NCBI GenBank assembly: GCA_046594125.1 | Contig: JBKJQD010000138.1 | Location: 1 to 61,970 of the forward strand | Reading direction: 5' to 3' | Length of the DNA stretch: 61,970 nt | DNA from: Aestuariivirga sp. | GTDB taxonomy: Bacteria; Pseudomonadota; Alphaproteobacteria; Rhizobiales; Aestuariivirgaceae | In this document: positions 1-8,638 of the stretch, in pieces | Layout of the letters: each line of letters starts with the position of its first letter | Position numbering within the stretch: the first letter of the stretch is position 1 | The notes under the pieces: model-generated | What the model was told of the DNA's origin: nothing | Seen by the model: the letters and a program-made list of their open reading frames with translations, nothing else | Databases searched by the model: none | Translations under genes and position numbers: made by a program

Positions 1-243
1 TCCCGCCGATGACACCAGTGCTACCATCGGAATGACCCGGAACTTTGCCAGCGTTTCGGGTCCATAGATGAGGACGAGATAGACCAGCAGGGCGACCGAC
101 ATCCAGAAGCCGCGCCAGCAATTGATCTGCCAACCGTCCAGCCCCGGCATCAGCCGGACGAAAATCCCGGAAAGACTCCAGCCCAATTCGGCGATCAGAA
201 TATAGACGACGCCCGTGCCGTAACTCTGCTGCTGATGTGTCAT
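1..243 (-). CDS. DMT/EamA-family transporter, 5' part (runs off the window edge)
   Basis: Hand translation from the ATG at 243 gives MTHQQQSYGTGVVYILIAELGWSLSGIFVRLMPGLDGWQINCWRG..., a hydrophobic EamA-like N-terminus. Confidence 0.75.
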   Translation of the reverse strand, partial: MTHQQQSYGTGVVYILIAELGWSLSGIFVRLMPGLDGWQINCWRGFWMSVALLVYLVLIYGPETLAKFRVIPMVALVSSAG

Positions 244-290
244 GGATGATTCGCCGCCTTGGCCACGGACATTAGCAGAAGCAGTGGTTC

Positions 291-2807
291 TCAAGCACGG
301 AGCGCGTTGTTCTCCGGATCATAAGGACTTTCGGGAATGACCACCGCCTTCAATATCTTGCCAAGAATCCTGATCTCCAACTCCGTTCCAATCGCCGAAA
401 ATTCCGGTTTCACCATGCCCAGCGCCAGCGACTTGTTTACACGGAAACCGAAGCCGCCATTGGTTGCCCTGCCAATGAGCTTGCCCTTGGCGTAGATCGG
501 CTCGGAACCGCGGGCATCCGAATGGTCATCGGTTACGCCATGAACCTCCATGGTGACGAAATTCCAGTTCAGCCCCTTTTCGCGGGCCCCTACCAGCGCA
601 TCACGGCCAAGGAACTGGCCCTTGTTGGGATGAACGAAACGGTCGAGTCCCGATTCATAGGCCGAGTACTCGATCGACAGTTCGCGCGCCACCAGACGAT
701 AGCTCTTCTCGATCGACAGCGACCCCATGGCCTTGATGCCATAGGGGCGGATGCCGAATTCCTTGCCTGCTGCCATCAGCTGATCGAAGAGCGCCACTTG
801 CTGTTCGATTGGATGATGGAACTCCCAGCCAAGCTCACCGACGAAATTCACGCGCAATGCATGCGCCGTGGTGGTGCCGACACTGATCTCTTTGCCCGAC
901 AGCCATGGGAAAGCTTCGCTGGAAAGATCGGCATCGGTCAACTTCTGCAGCAGCTTCCGCGAATTGGGTCCCGCCAGCACCAGCACACCGAAGCGCGTGG
1001 TGATGGCATTGAGCCGGACCGAGCCATCGCCGGGTGCCAACTTGCGCAGAACGTCATGATCATGGCGTTCGAAGGCACCCGCCGACACCAGATAGAAACG
1101 CCCCAGCGCCCATTCATAGACAGTGAATTCGGCCCGCACACCGCCGCGTGGCGTGAGCAGATGGCAGAGCGCCACACGGCCCATCTTCTTCGGAATGCGA
1201 TTGGCGAGGATCGCATCGAGCCAATCCCTGGCACCTGGACCCGACACTTCCATCTTGGCGAAAGCCGACATGTCCTGGATGGCAACATTGTCCATCACAT
1301 TGCGGCATTCCTCGCCGACGAACCTGAAATAGTTCGAGCGCCGGAACGACCATTTTTCGACGATACGGCCATCCTCCGTGGGCGGAGCATAATTGTGATT
1401 GGTCAGAACATCCGGGCTGTTGATCTCTTCCTTGGTCAGTGCGTAGTCCTTGGGCGCGAACCAGCCCGGCCGCTCCCAGCCGTAAACCGACCCGAACACC
1501 GCGCCCAGATCCTTCATCCGGTCATAGCAAGGTGTGCGCTTCAGCGGACGCGCGGCGGAGCGTTCCTCATCGGGATAATGCGGCGTGAAGACATTGGCAT
1601 AGGCTTCCTCGTTCTTGGTCTTGAGGTAGCCGCGCGTCGCATAAGGTCCAAAGCGCCGCGGATCGACACCCATCATGTCAATTGAAGGTTCCCCCTCGAC
1701 GATCCATTCGGCGAGTTGCCATCCGGCACCGCCCGCCGCGGTGACGCCGAAGGAATGGCCTTCGTTGAGCCAGAAGTTCTTCTTGTCCCAGGCCGGACCG
1801 ATGATCGGCGAACCATCGGGCGTATAGGCGATGGCGCCGTTGTAGACCTTCTTGATGCCCACTTCGCCAAAGGCCGGAACGCGGGCGATGGCGGTTTCGA
1901 TATGCGGTGCCAGCCGGTCGAGGTCTTCCTGAAAGAGTTCGTATTCGCTCTGGTCGGATGGCCCATCCAGGTAGCAGCAGGGTGCCCCATGCTCATAGGG
2001 GCCGAGCAGCAGCCCGCCATTTTCTTCGCGCATGTACCAGCTTGAATCTGCCTCGCGCAGCACGCCCATTTCGGGCAGGCCCTTGGCCTGGCGCTCGCGG
2101 ATCAGCGGATGCGGCTCGGTGACGATGTACTGATGCTCGACCGGGATCACCGGAATATCCAGCCCCACCATGGCGCCCGTCTGGCGCGCGAAATTACCCG
2201 AGGCCGAAACGACATGCTCACAGGTGATATCGCCCTTGTCGGTCTTGACCAGCCACTCGCCATTGGGTTTCTGCTCGATGCCGGTCACCACCGTGTTGCG
2301 ATGGATTTCGGCGCCAAGGGCGCGGGCGCCCTTGGCCATGGCCTGTGTCAGGTCGGCGGGCTGGATATAGCCATCGTCGGGATGTTGGATGGCGCCGATC
2401 AGTCCACCGGTTTCGCACAGCGGCCAAATCTCCTTGATCTGTGCCGGCGTCAGCATGTTCACCTTGACACCGATGGTCTCGGCCACGCCCGCGTAATACA
2501 GGAACTCGTCCCAGCGGTCTTTTGTCCGGGCGAGGCGGATGTTGGAAACCTTGCTGAAGCCCACATGCTGGCCGGTCTCGGCTTCGAGTTCCCCATAGAG
2601 CTTGACCGAATATTTGTGAATCTGCCCCACCGAATAGGACAGGTTGAACAGCGGTAGCAGCCCCGCAGCATGCCAGGTGGAGCCCGAGGTCAGTTCCTTG
2701 CGCTCGATCAGGACCACGTCGCTCCAGCCCTTCTTGGCCAGATGGTAAAGCGTGCCGACGCCCACCACGCCACCGCCGATCACCACCACGCGCGCCTGAG
2801 TTTTCAT
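291..2807 (-). CDS. Dimethylglycine/sarcosine dehydrogenase-like FAD oxidoreductase with a GcvT folate-binding C-terminus
   Basis: 838 aa; GGGVVG dinucleotide fold, GSTWHAAG motif, C-terminal GcvT domain (GELGWE, YDPEN). Confidence 0.9.
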   Translation of the reverse strand: MKTQARVVVIGGGVVGVGTLYHLAKKGWSDVVLIERKELTSGSTWHAAGLLPLFNLSYSVGQIHKYSVKLYGELEAETGQHVGFSKVSNIRLARTKDRWDEFLYYAGVAETIGVKVNMLTPAQIKEIWPLCETGGLIGAIQHPDDGYIQPADLTQAMAKGARALGAEIHRNTVVTGIEQKPNGEWLVKTDKGDITCEHVVSASGNFARQTGAMVGLDIPVIPVEHQYIVTEPHPLIRERQAKGLPEMGVLREADSSWYMREENGGLLLGPYEHGAPCCYLDGPSDQSEYELFQEDLDRLAPHIETAIARVPAFGEVGIKKVYNGAIAYTPDGSPIIGPAWDKKNFWLNEGHSFGVTAAGGAGWQLAEWIVEGEPSIDMMGVDPRRFGPYATRGYLKTKNEEAYANVFTPHYPDEERSAARPLKRTPCYDRMKDLGAVFGSVYGWERPGWFAPKDYALTKEEINSPDVLTNHNYAPPTEDGRIVEKWSFRRSNYFRFVGEECRNVMDNVAIQDMSAFAKMEVSGPGARDWLDAILANRIPKKMGRVALCHLLTPRGGVRAEFTVYEWALGRFYLVSAGAFERHDHDVLRKLAPGDGSVRLNAITTRFGVLVLAGPNSRKLLQKLTDADLSSEAFPWLSGKEISVGTTTAHALRVNFVGELGWEFHHPIEQQVALFDQLMAAGKEFGIRPYGIKAMGSLSIEKSYRLVARELSIEYSAYESGLDRFVHPNKGQFLGRDALVGAREKGLNWNFVTMEVHGVTDDHSDARGSEPIYAKGKLIGRATNGGFGFRVNKSLALGMVKPEFSAIGTELEIRILGKILKAVVIPESPYDPENNALRA

Positions 2808-2875
2808 GGGTCAAGGTCCTCTGAAGCCGGAGTTCGATTGAGGGCACAATAGTGAGACGAATTCAACAGGCGTGA

Positions 2876-2908
2876 GGCGGAACGACCGTGGCTTGGCGGA
2901 TTACGACA
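2876..2908 (-). promoter_or_regulatory. Candidate AraC-family operator (direct repeat, 21-bp period) upstream of the dehydrogenase
   Basis: On the minus strand, TGTCGTaaTCCGCC and GGTCGTTCCGCC; on the plus strand ACGACC at 2882 and ACGACA at 2903 are 21 bp apart. Confidence 0.35.
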
Positions 2909-3445
2909 CTAGCCCGAGAATCCACCTGTCTTGAGGAAGGCGATTTCTTCCTGTGTGGAGGTTCGCCCCAGCACGGCATTGCGGTGCGGGAAACGTCCGA
3001 ACCTGGCAATGATGTCGAGATGAACGCGCGCCCAGTGGACCATATCGTTCAGTCCGAGAGTCTGGAACAGGGCCACACAGCGCCATTGGTCATCGAGGTT
3101 TTCCGAATGTTCGAATGGCATGCAGAGCCACATGGCACGCGGCGGCCCGAGCTTCCAGTGATAGCCCCTGCCGATTGACCGCTTGGCCAGCGCAAGTGCC
3201 CGCCCATCAGCCGCAAAAGCGAGCGGGTTTCCGCGGTTGATGTTGCGCGAGACTTGATCGAGCAACAGGATGAGACCCAAGGCTCCTACCGGCGTGTCGC
3301 CCCAGTGGTCGAGGGCACCGAGGCGGGCCTCTTTAAGCGGTTTACCGAAGCGCATGGCCAAAGCACCATCGAAGGCCGCATCCTTGCTGAACCAGCGGTC
3401 CTCGCCGGCCTGTTCCCAGAATTTCACGATCTCCTCGGGTTTCAT
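2909..3445 (-). CDS. DUF924 family protein
   Basis: FW..AG..RWF, LLDQ.SRN, MPFEHSE and RFGRFPHRN..LGR.ST motifs. Confidence 0.9.
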   Translation of the reverse strand: MKPEEIVKFWEQAGEDRWFSKDAAFDGALAMRFGKPLKEARLGALDHWGDTPVGALGLILLLDQVSRNINRGNPLAFAADGRALALAKRSIGRGYHWKLGPPRAMWLCMPFEHSENLDDQWRCVALFQTLGLNDMVHWARVHLDIIARFGRFPHRNAVLGRTSTQEEIAFLKTGGFSG

Positions 3446-3942
3446 GTCATCCCCATGTGCTGTTCGATAAAGCTAGCCAGTGCTGCCACATCGTCGCGGC
3501 CGAAGACCGGGACTGGCGCTTCGGGCACGGCGCCATTGGCGGCAATGGCGACGACGGTGGCATCGTCACCCGCCAGCTTTGGATGATCCAGTGCCAGATT
3601 GCGCACTTCGATCTTGTCATGGCAATCGCGCTTGTAACCTTCGACGATCACCAGATCGCAAGGCGCCAGCTTGGCCAGGATGTCATCGAGGGATGGCTCT
3701 TCCTCGGACCGCAATTCATGGATGACCGCCCAGCGGTGCCGCGAGACAACGGCCACTTCGGAAGCACCCGCTTTGCGGTGGCGGAAGCTGTCACGGCCTT
3801 CATGGTCGATGTCGAAGGAGTGATGCGCATGTTTGACGGTGGAGATGCGATGGCCGCGCGTGGTGAGTTCGGCCACCAGTTTCTCGACCAGTGTCGTCTT
3901 GCCTGCGTTCTTGAATCCGGCAACGCCGATGACCTTGTTCAT
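3442..3942 (-). CDS. mobB: Molybdopterin-guanine dinucleotide biosynthesis protein B
   Basis: GFKNAGKTT P-loop, KHAHH, D..GRDS.RH and VEGYK motifs; start set at the ATG at 3942, which overlaps the mobA stop. Confidence 0.93.
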   Translation of the reverse strand: MNKVIGVAGFKNAGKTTLVEKLVAELTTRGHRISTVKHAHHSFDIDHEGRDSFRHRKAGASEVAVVSRHRWAVIHELRSEEEPSLDDILAKLAPCDLVIVEGYKRDCHDKIEVRNLALDHPKLAGDDATVVAIAANGAVPEAPVPVFGRDDVAALASFIEQHMGMT

Positions 3943-4520
3943 GGCTCGGACTGTGCCGCGATCCGCCGGGCTTCCGCAAGATCTTCCGGGGTGTTGATGT
4001 TGAAAAACGGATCGTGCGGCAGAACCGGCCATTCGACAATCCTGGCCTTTGTCAACTTGGCCCAATCTTTCACGCGATAGATTCCGGAATTGACGGCCTG
4101 TACCATGACCGGTGCCAGCGTTACGGGCCAGAAGCCCGTGAGATAATGTTCCTGTCCTCCTGAAGCTGCAATGGCTGGTCCATGATCGCGCAGCCGGGCC
4201 AAGAGATCATATGGCAGGAATGGTGCGTCGGACGGCACGCTTAGCACCGCATCGAAGTTTCTGTCCAGGCTCCACGATAGAACCGCGTGGAGACCGGCCA
4301 GCGGCGTACTGATGTCGGTTCGGATATCAGGAACGACGGTGAAGCCAGCGAAGCGCGCTGGATCGCCATTCGCATTGATGATTGCGCAATCGGTCTGGCA
4401 CGAAAGACGCGCCAAGAGGCGATCAAGAAGGCGCGCGTTACCCAATTCGAGAAAGAGTTTCTCGTTGCCATCCATGCGGCTTGAGCGCCCTCCCGCGATG
4501 ATGGCGCCGGCAATCCTCAT
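3939..4520 (-). CDS. mobA: Molybdenum cofactor guanylyltransferase
   Basis: IAGGRSSRM.G..K, PLAG, P.D.PFLP and FFNINTPEDL motifs; start at the ATG at 4520. Confidence 0.93.
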   Translation of the reverse strand: MRIAGAIIAGGRSSRMDGNEKLFLELGNARLLDRLLARLSCQTDCAIINANGDPARFAGFTVVPDIRTDISTPLAGLHAVLSWSLDRNFDAVLSVPSDAPFLPYDLLARLRDHGPAIAASGGQEHYLTGFWPVTLAPVMVQAVNSGIYRVKDWAKLTKARIVEWPVLPHDPFFNINTPEDLAEARRIAAQSEP

Positions 4521-5101
4521 GCGTGAGCATAAATACGTTGCGGCGGAATCCACACGGTAATCGCGTCACCGGCCCGGATAACACCTTCGGCTTCGATCCA
4601 GCCCACCACGCCGCGCTTGTGATTGGCGGCCTTGACGAAACCCATGAGTTGTTCCGGATGGTGTTTCTCGATGATGCTGGCTGGATAGCGGCAGGGCAGG
4701 TTCTCCATATCAACAACCAGCGTGGCGCCCGATGGAAATTGCAGCCGCGCCGATGGCGGCAGCAGTGTCAGGTCCGGTATGCCGGAGGTCACGATATTGG
4801 CGCCCACCCATTCGGGCCTGACGGCCGGAATCCCCATCGCGAGGGCAATCTCCGCCAGTTCCTCGACCGCAAGAATTGACACCTGGCGGGCATTCTTCAC
4901 CTCGGTGCCGCGCTTGAACTGCTTCAGCATCCGGCTGTCGGACTGGCGGGTCAGCCCGCCATGGCAATCGCCGTCCACGCCGGAAAACCGCATCTTCAAT
5001 TCGGAGTGCTGGTGCTTTTCCAGACCCGCATCGCGGTCCGGACTCGCCAGAAGCCGCACAACGGTGCCGCTGAAAGCTGCTTTGGACAGAAGGTCAGGCA
5101 A
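4517..5101 (-). CDS. MOSC domain protein (Moco sulfurase C-terminal-like)
   Basis: GD.HGG.TR, RQVSIL..EEL, GANI, EN.PC..P, RG..G..E.EG.I..GD motifs; TTG start. Confidence 0.8.
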   Translation of the reverse strand: MPDLLSKAAFSGTVVRLLASPDRDAGLEKHQHSELKMRFSGVDGDCHGGLTRQSDSRMLKQFKRGTEVKNARQVSILAVEELAEIALAMGIPAVRPEWVGANIVTSGIPDLTLLPPSARLQFPSGATLVVDMENLPCRYPASIIEKHHPEQLMGFVKAANHKRGVVGWIEAEGVIRAGDAITVWIPPQRIYAHA

Positions 5102-5142
5102 TGGTGTAACTCCGGGTTTCCGTGAACACCTGTAGCAAGTTG

Positions 5143-5379
5143 ATGAGCGAAAAACAGCCTGAAACCATCCTCGACCTGTCGGGTCTTCTCTGTCCCTTGC
5201 CGGTTCTGAAAGCCCGCAAGCGGCTGGAGGCGCTAAAATCGGGCGATATTCTCACCGTCATTGCCACCGACCCCATGTCGGCCATAGACATGCCCCACTT
5301 CTGCAACGAGCAGGGCCACCTGCTTCTCGATCAAACCACGAAAGCCCAAGCCTTCATATTCAGGATCAAACGCAAATGA
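5143..5379 (+). CDS. TusA/SirA-family sulfurtransferase (sulfur carrier)
   Basis: LDLSGLLCPLP (CPxP motif) and ATDP...ID.P.FC...GH; 78 aa. Confidence 0.88.
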   Translation: MSEKQPETILDLSGLLCPLPVLKARKRLEALKSGDILTVIATDPMSAIDMPHFCNEQGHLLLDQTTKAQAFIFRIKRK

Positions 5380-6254
5380 ATTTCGATTTTGGTGCGTTCA
5401 ACAACTGGGGTCCGCTCAAGAAGGTGGCGCTGCGCGACGTCGACACGGCTTTTGCCAGTGACGCCAGGATCGATGCCGAGTGGCGGGATCTCAATTTCCA
5501 TTCCCGCCCGGACCTCGCCAATGCCCGCCGGGAATATGCGGTGGTCGAAGACATACTTGCCAAGAGCGGCGCCGAGGTCATCAAGCTTCCGGCAGGCGAT
5601 GGCCTGACGCTTGATTCGATCTACACCCACGATGCCCTGATCGTCACGCCGCGCGGTCTGGTGAAGCCGCGCATGGGCAAGGCGCAGCGCCGCAAAGAGT
5701 CTGAGGTCAATGGTGCGGCGCTCGAAAAGCTGGGCTTCCCCATTGCCGGTGAAATTACCGGCGAGGGCAAGATCGAAGGCGGCGACCTTGTCTGGATCGA
5801 CCGCTACACGCTGTTGGCAGGCATCGGCTATCGCACCAATCTCGAGGGCGTGCGCCAGCTTGGCGAGCTTGCTGGCGGGGATGTTGAAATCCTGTGGTTC
5901 GACATGCCCCACTACAAGGGCCGCACTGATGTGTTCCACCTCATGTCTTGCCTGAGCCCGCTCGATCATGATCTTGCCGTGGTCTATCCGCCGCTGATGG
6001 CGGCGCGCCAGATCGAGTTCCTCGAATCGCGCGGCATCAAGTTCGTTGAAGTGCCAGCAGAGGAATTCGACACCATGGGCTGCAATGTCCTGGCGCTTGG
6101 GCCGCGTCATGCCATGATGGTGGAAGGCAACCCCGAAACCGAACGGCGCATGAAGGCGGCGGGCGTCAAGGTCGAAGTCATCAAAGGCTACGACATCTGC
6201 CGCAAAGGCGAAGGCGGCCCCACCTGCATGACCAGGCCATTGGTTCGCGCTTAG
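5376..6254 (+). CDS. Amidinotransferase / dimethylarginine dimethylaminohydrolase (pentein) family protein
   Basis: EGGD, G.RTN, FHL and C-terminal GGPTCMT.PL.R motifs; ATGA overlap with the TusA gene. Confidence 0.85.
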   Translation: MNFDFGAFNNWGPLKKVALRDVDTAFASDARIDAEWRDLNFHSRPDLANARREYAVVEDILAKSGAEVIKLPAGDGLTLDSIYTHDALIVTPRGLVKPRMGKAQRRKESEVNGAALEKLGFPIAGEITGEGKIEGGDLVWIDRYTLLAGIGYRTNLEGVRQLGELAGGDVEILWFDMPHYKGRTDVFHLMSCLSPLDHDLAVVYPPLMAARQIEFLESRGIKFVEVPAEEFDTMGCNVLALGPRHAMMVEGNPETERRMKAAGVKVEVIKGYDICRKGEGGPTCMTRPLVRA

Positions 6255-6601
6255 CCCAGTCGCTCCTGCACCTTCTTCGAGAATCCCACCGTCACGCTGC
6301 CGTTCTTGTATTCGATGAGTGGACGGCGGATCAGCGATGGATTCCTGACGGCAAGTGCTACGGCTCTCGCTTCGGTCAGGCCGGCTGTCTCGGCGGCCGG
6401 AAGCCCGCGCCAGGTAAAGCCCGCCCGGTTGATCATCTTGTCCCAGCCGCCCAGCGCCCTGGACCATTCCGCCACCTGTTCGCCAGTGATGGGGTTGTCC
6501 TTCACATCGGAAAAGCTGTGGGCGATCTTGTGTTCATCGAGCCATTCCAGCGCTTTCTGGCAGGTAGTGCATTTGGTCAGTCCGTAAAGTTTCAGCACCA
6601 T
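6251..6601 (-). CDS. ArsC/Spx/YffB-family thioredoxin-like protein
   Basis: YGL.KCTTCQKA (CxxC), N....TWR.L, P.LI.RP and VGF motifs. Confidence 0.88.
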   Translation of the reverse strand: MVLKLYGLTKCTTCQKALEWLDEHKIAHSFSDVKDNPITGEQVAEWSRALGGWDKMINRAGFTWRGLPAAETAGLTEARAVALAVRNPSLIRRPLIEYKNGSVTVGFSKKVQERLG

Positions 6602-6605
6602 GGTG

Positions 6606-7730
6606 TTACCTGTTGAGCGAAAGCGTCTTGTCGGTGAAGGCATCGGCCCCGCCGGTGATCTGATCGGTGAAGGCCCGGAACAATCCTTCGATCATCGGCT
6701 TTTCGATATCCTTCACGATGAAAACCAGACGCGTCCGCTGGTCCCCATCCGGCCACAAGGCAAGCCGCACGGGTGGATGGAAGACGTGCTGCACACCATG
6801 CAGCACCACCGGCCGTTGCGGGTCATCGGATACTTTCACGATGCCCTTCATGCGCAGCATGTTGGCGCCGTGATAGGACTTCAACAGCTCCATGAAAAGT
6901 TCGAGACCCTGCGGGCTGATGGCATTGGCCTCGGTGAAACTGAAGGAGCGGATATGGTCGTCGTGGCGCGACACATCGTCATGATGATGGTGATCATGGC
7001 CGGGCTCGTGACCATGCCGCCTGCGGTTGCGCTTCTCGCCCGTGTGATAGGCTTCCGCCGCCAGCCAGTTCTGCACGTCCGGGGTCTTCTTGGCCGGGTC
7101 GAACAGCCCCATGGTGAACAGCCGCTCGGCGGTCGCCTCGTTGCGATGGGTGGTCAGCAACCGGGCGGCGGGATTGAGCTTGCGCAGGCGCCCAATGATG
7201 GCGAAGAGCATGTCTTCGCCTTCGCGGCCTTCGAGAAGATCGACCTTGGCCAGCACGATGCGGTCGGCAACGGCTACCTGCTTCACCGCTTCAGCATGGG
7301 CGTCCAATGTCGCCATGCCGTTGAAAGCATCGACGACGGTGATGACACCCTCCAGACGGCAAGCCGCCAACAACCCCGGATCGCTCATCACCGCATGCAG
7401 CACCGGGGCCGGATCGGCCAGACCCGTCGTCTCGATGACGATGCGATCAAAACTCTTGATCTCACCGCGTCCGCGTCTTGCCAGCAGGTCATGCATGGTG
7501 TCGATCAGATCGCCACGGATGGTGCAGCACAGGCAGCCTGACGCCATTTCGATGACGTTCTCGTCGGCACGCTCCACCAGCAGATGATCGATGCCGACAT
7601 CGCCGAACTCGTTGATGATCACCGCCGCATTGGCGAGGAACGGATCCTTGAGAAGGAAATTCAGGAGCGTGGTCTTTCCCGAACCAAGGAAGCCCGTGAG
7701 GATCGCAACTGGAATTGGAGTGGTACTCAT
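6606..7730 (-). CDS. CobW/COG0523 (G3E) metallochaperone GTPase
   Basis: GFLGSGKTT, NEFG, GCLCC and ETTGLADP motifs; His-rich linker HGHEPGHDHHHHDD; CobW_C LR.KG motif. Confidence 0.93.
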   Translation of the reverse strand: MSTTPIPVAILTGFLGSGKTTLLNFLLKDPFLANAAVIINEFGDVGIDHLLVERADENVIEMASGCLCCTIRGDLIDTMHDLLARRGRGEIKSFDRIVIETTGLADPAPVLHAVMSDPGLLAACRLEGVITVVDAFNGMATLDAHAEAVKQVAVADRIVLAKVDLLEGREGEDMLFAIIGRLRKLNPAARLLTTHRNEATAERLFTMGLFDPAKKTPDVQNWLAAEAYHTGEKRNRRRHGHEPGHDHHHHDDVSRHDDHIRSFSFTEANAISPQGLELFMELLKSYHGANMLRMKGIVKVSDDPQRPVVLHGVQHVFHPPVRLALWPDGDQRTRLVFIVKDIEKPMIEGLFRAFTDQITGGADAFTDKTLSLNR

Positions 7731-8626
7731 GACGGGACAGTCTTTCTTGATCCGGCAAAGCTTGCCGCCACGAGAGCGGCAAGTACCATGCCGCCTCCGG
7801 CATATTGGTTGATGGCCAGCCGTTCGCCAAGGAACAGGGCGGCCGTCACTGTTGCGACGATAGGCTCCAGATTGAAATAGGGTGCAACCGTCGAGGCCGG
7901 TGCAAAGCGCAGCGACAGCATGTGGATGAGATAGGCAATCACATAGAGGCCGCCAACCGCCGCCATACAGGCCAGCCCAGCTGCTGTGGCCGTTCCACCC
8001 GGAAAGAAATGAATGCTGCCGCCTCCGGCATAAAGCGCGATCAGCAGCGTGGCGGGCCAGATGACGAGATGCACCAGACTGCCGAAGACGGTGGGCGTCA
8101 TGTATTGTGAGAGCGAGCGGCCGGAAAAGAATTGCAAGGTGCAGAACAGCGCAGCAGCAGCAGCAAGCAGGATGCCGCGAATATCGAGCGTATCGAAACT
8201 CGGGCCAACCGAAATAGCCAATCCGGCAAAGGCAAACACGGCGATGAGAATGCGCGGCAAGCCGGGTGAGTGACCCTCGACGATGGGTGCTGCCAGCATG
8301 ATCAATACCGGGAAGGTAAAAAAGATGATGACCGCCAAGCCTACCGGGATGAATTGCACAGAGGCGAGATAGCCCACTGAAATGATCAGCGTGGCGATCG
8401 CCTGCCCGGCGAAACCCGGAATGGCAGCGCGCGGAATATGGAAGCGCTCACCTCGAACGATGGCGATGATGGCGAAGACCAGTGCGATGAGCGTGGTGCG
8501 GAAAAATGTGCTTTCAACGGGAGGTATACCGTTGACGAAAGCGCCACGCACCGCGTTCGGCACGATGCCATAGAGCGCTGCCGCACCCAGCGCGCAGCCG
8601 ATGCCGAGACCCGTGCGCTTGATCAT
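7727..8626 (-). CDS. DMT/EamA-family transporter
   Basis: 299 aa, about 10 hydrophobic segments, EP...A..LGE.L motif. Confidence 0.85.
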   Translation of the reverse strand: MIKRTGLGIGCALGAAALYGIVPNAVRGAFVNGIPPVESTFFRTTLIALVFAIIAIVRGERFHIPRAAIPGFAGQAIATLIISVGYLASVQFIPVGLAVIIFFTFPVLIMLAAPIVEGHSPGLPRILIAVFAFAGLAISVGPSFDTLDIRGILLAAAAALFCTLQFFSGRSLSQYMTPTVFGSLVHLVIWPATLLIALYAGGGSIHFFPGGTATAAGLACMAAVGGLYVIAYLIHMLSLRFAPASTVAPYFNLEPIVATVTAALFLGERLAINQYAGGGMVLAALVAASFAGSRKTVPS

Positions 8627-8638
8627 CTCCTGCGCACG

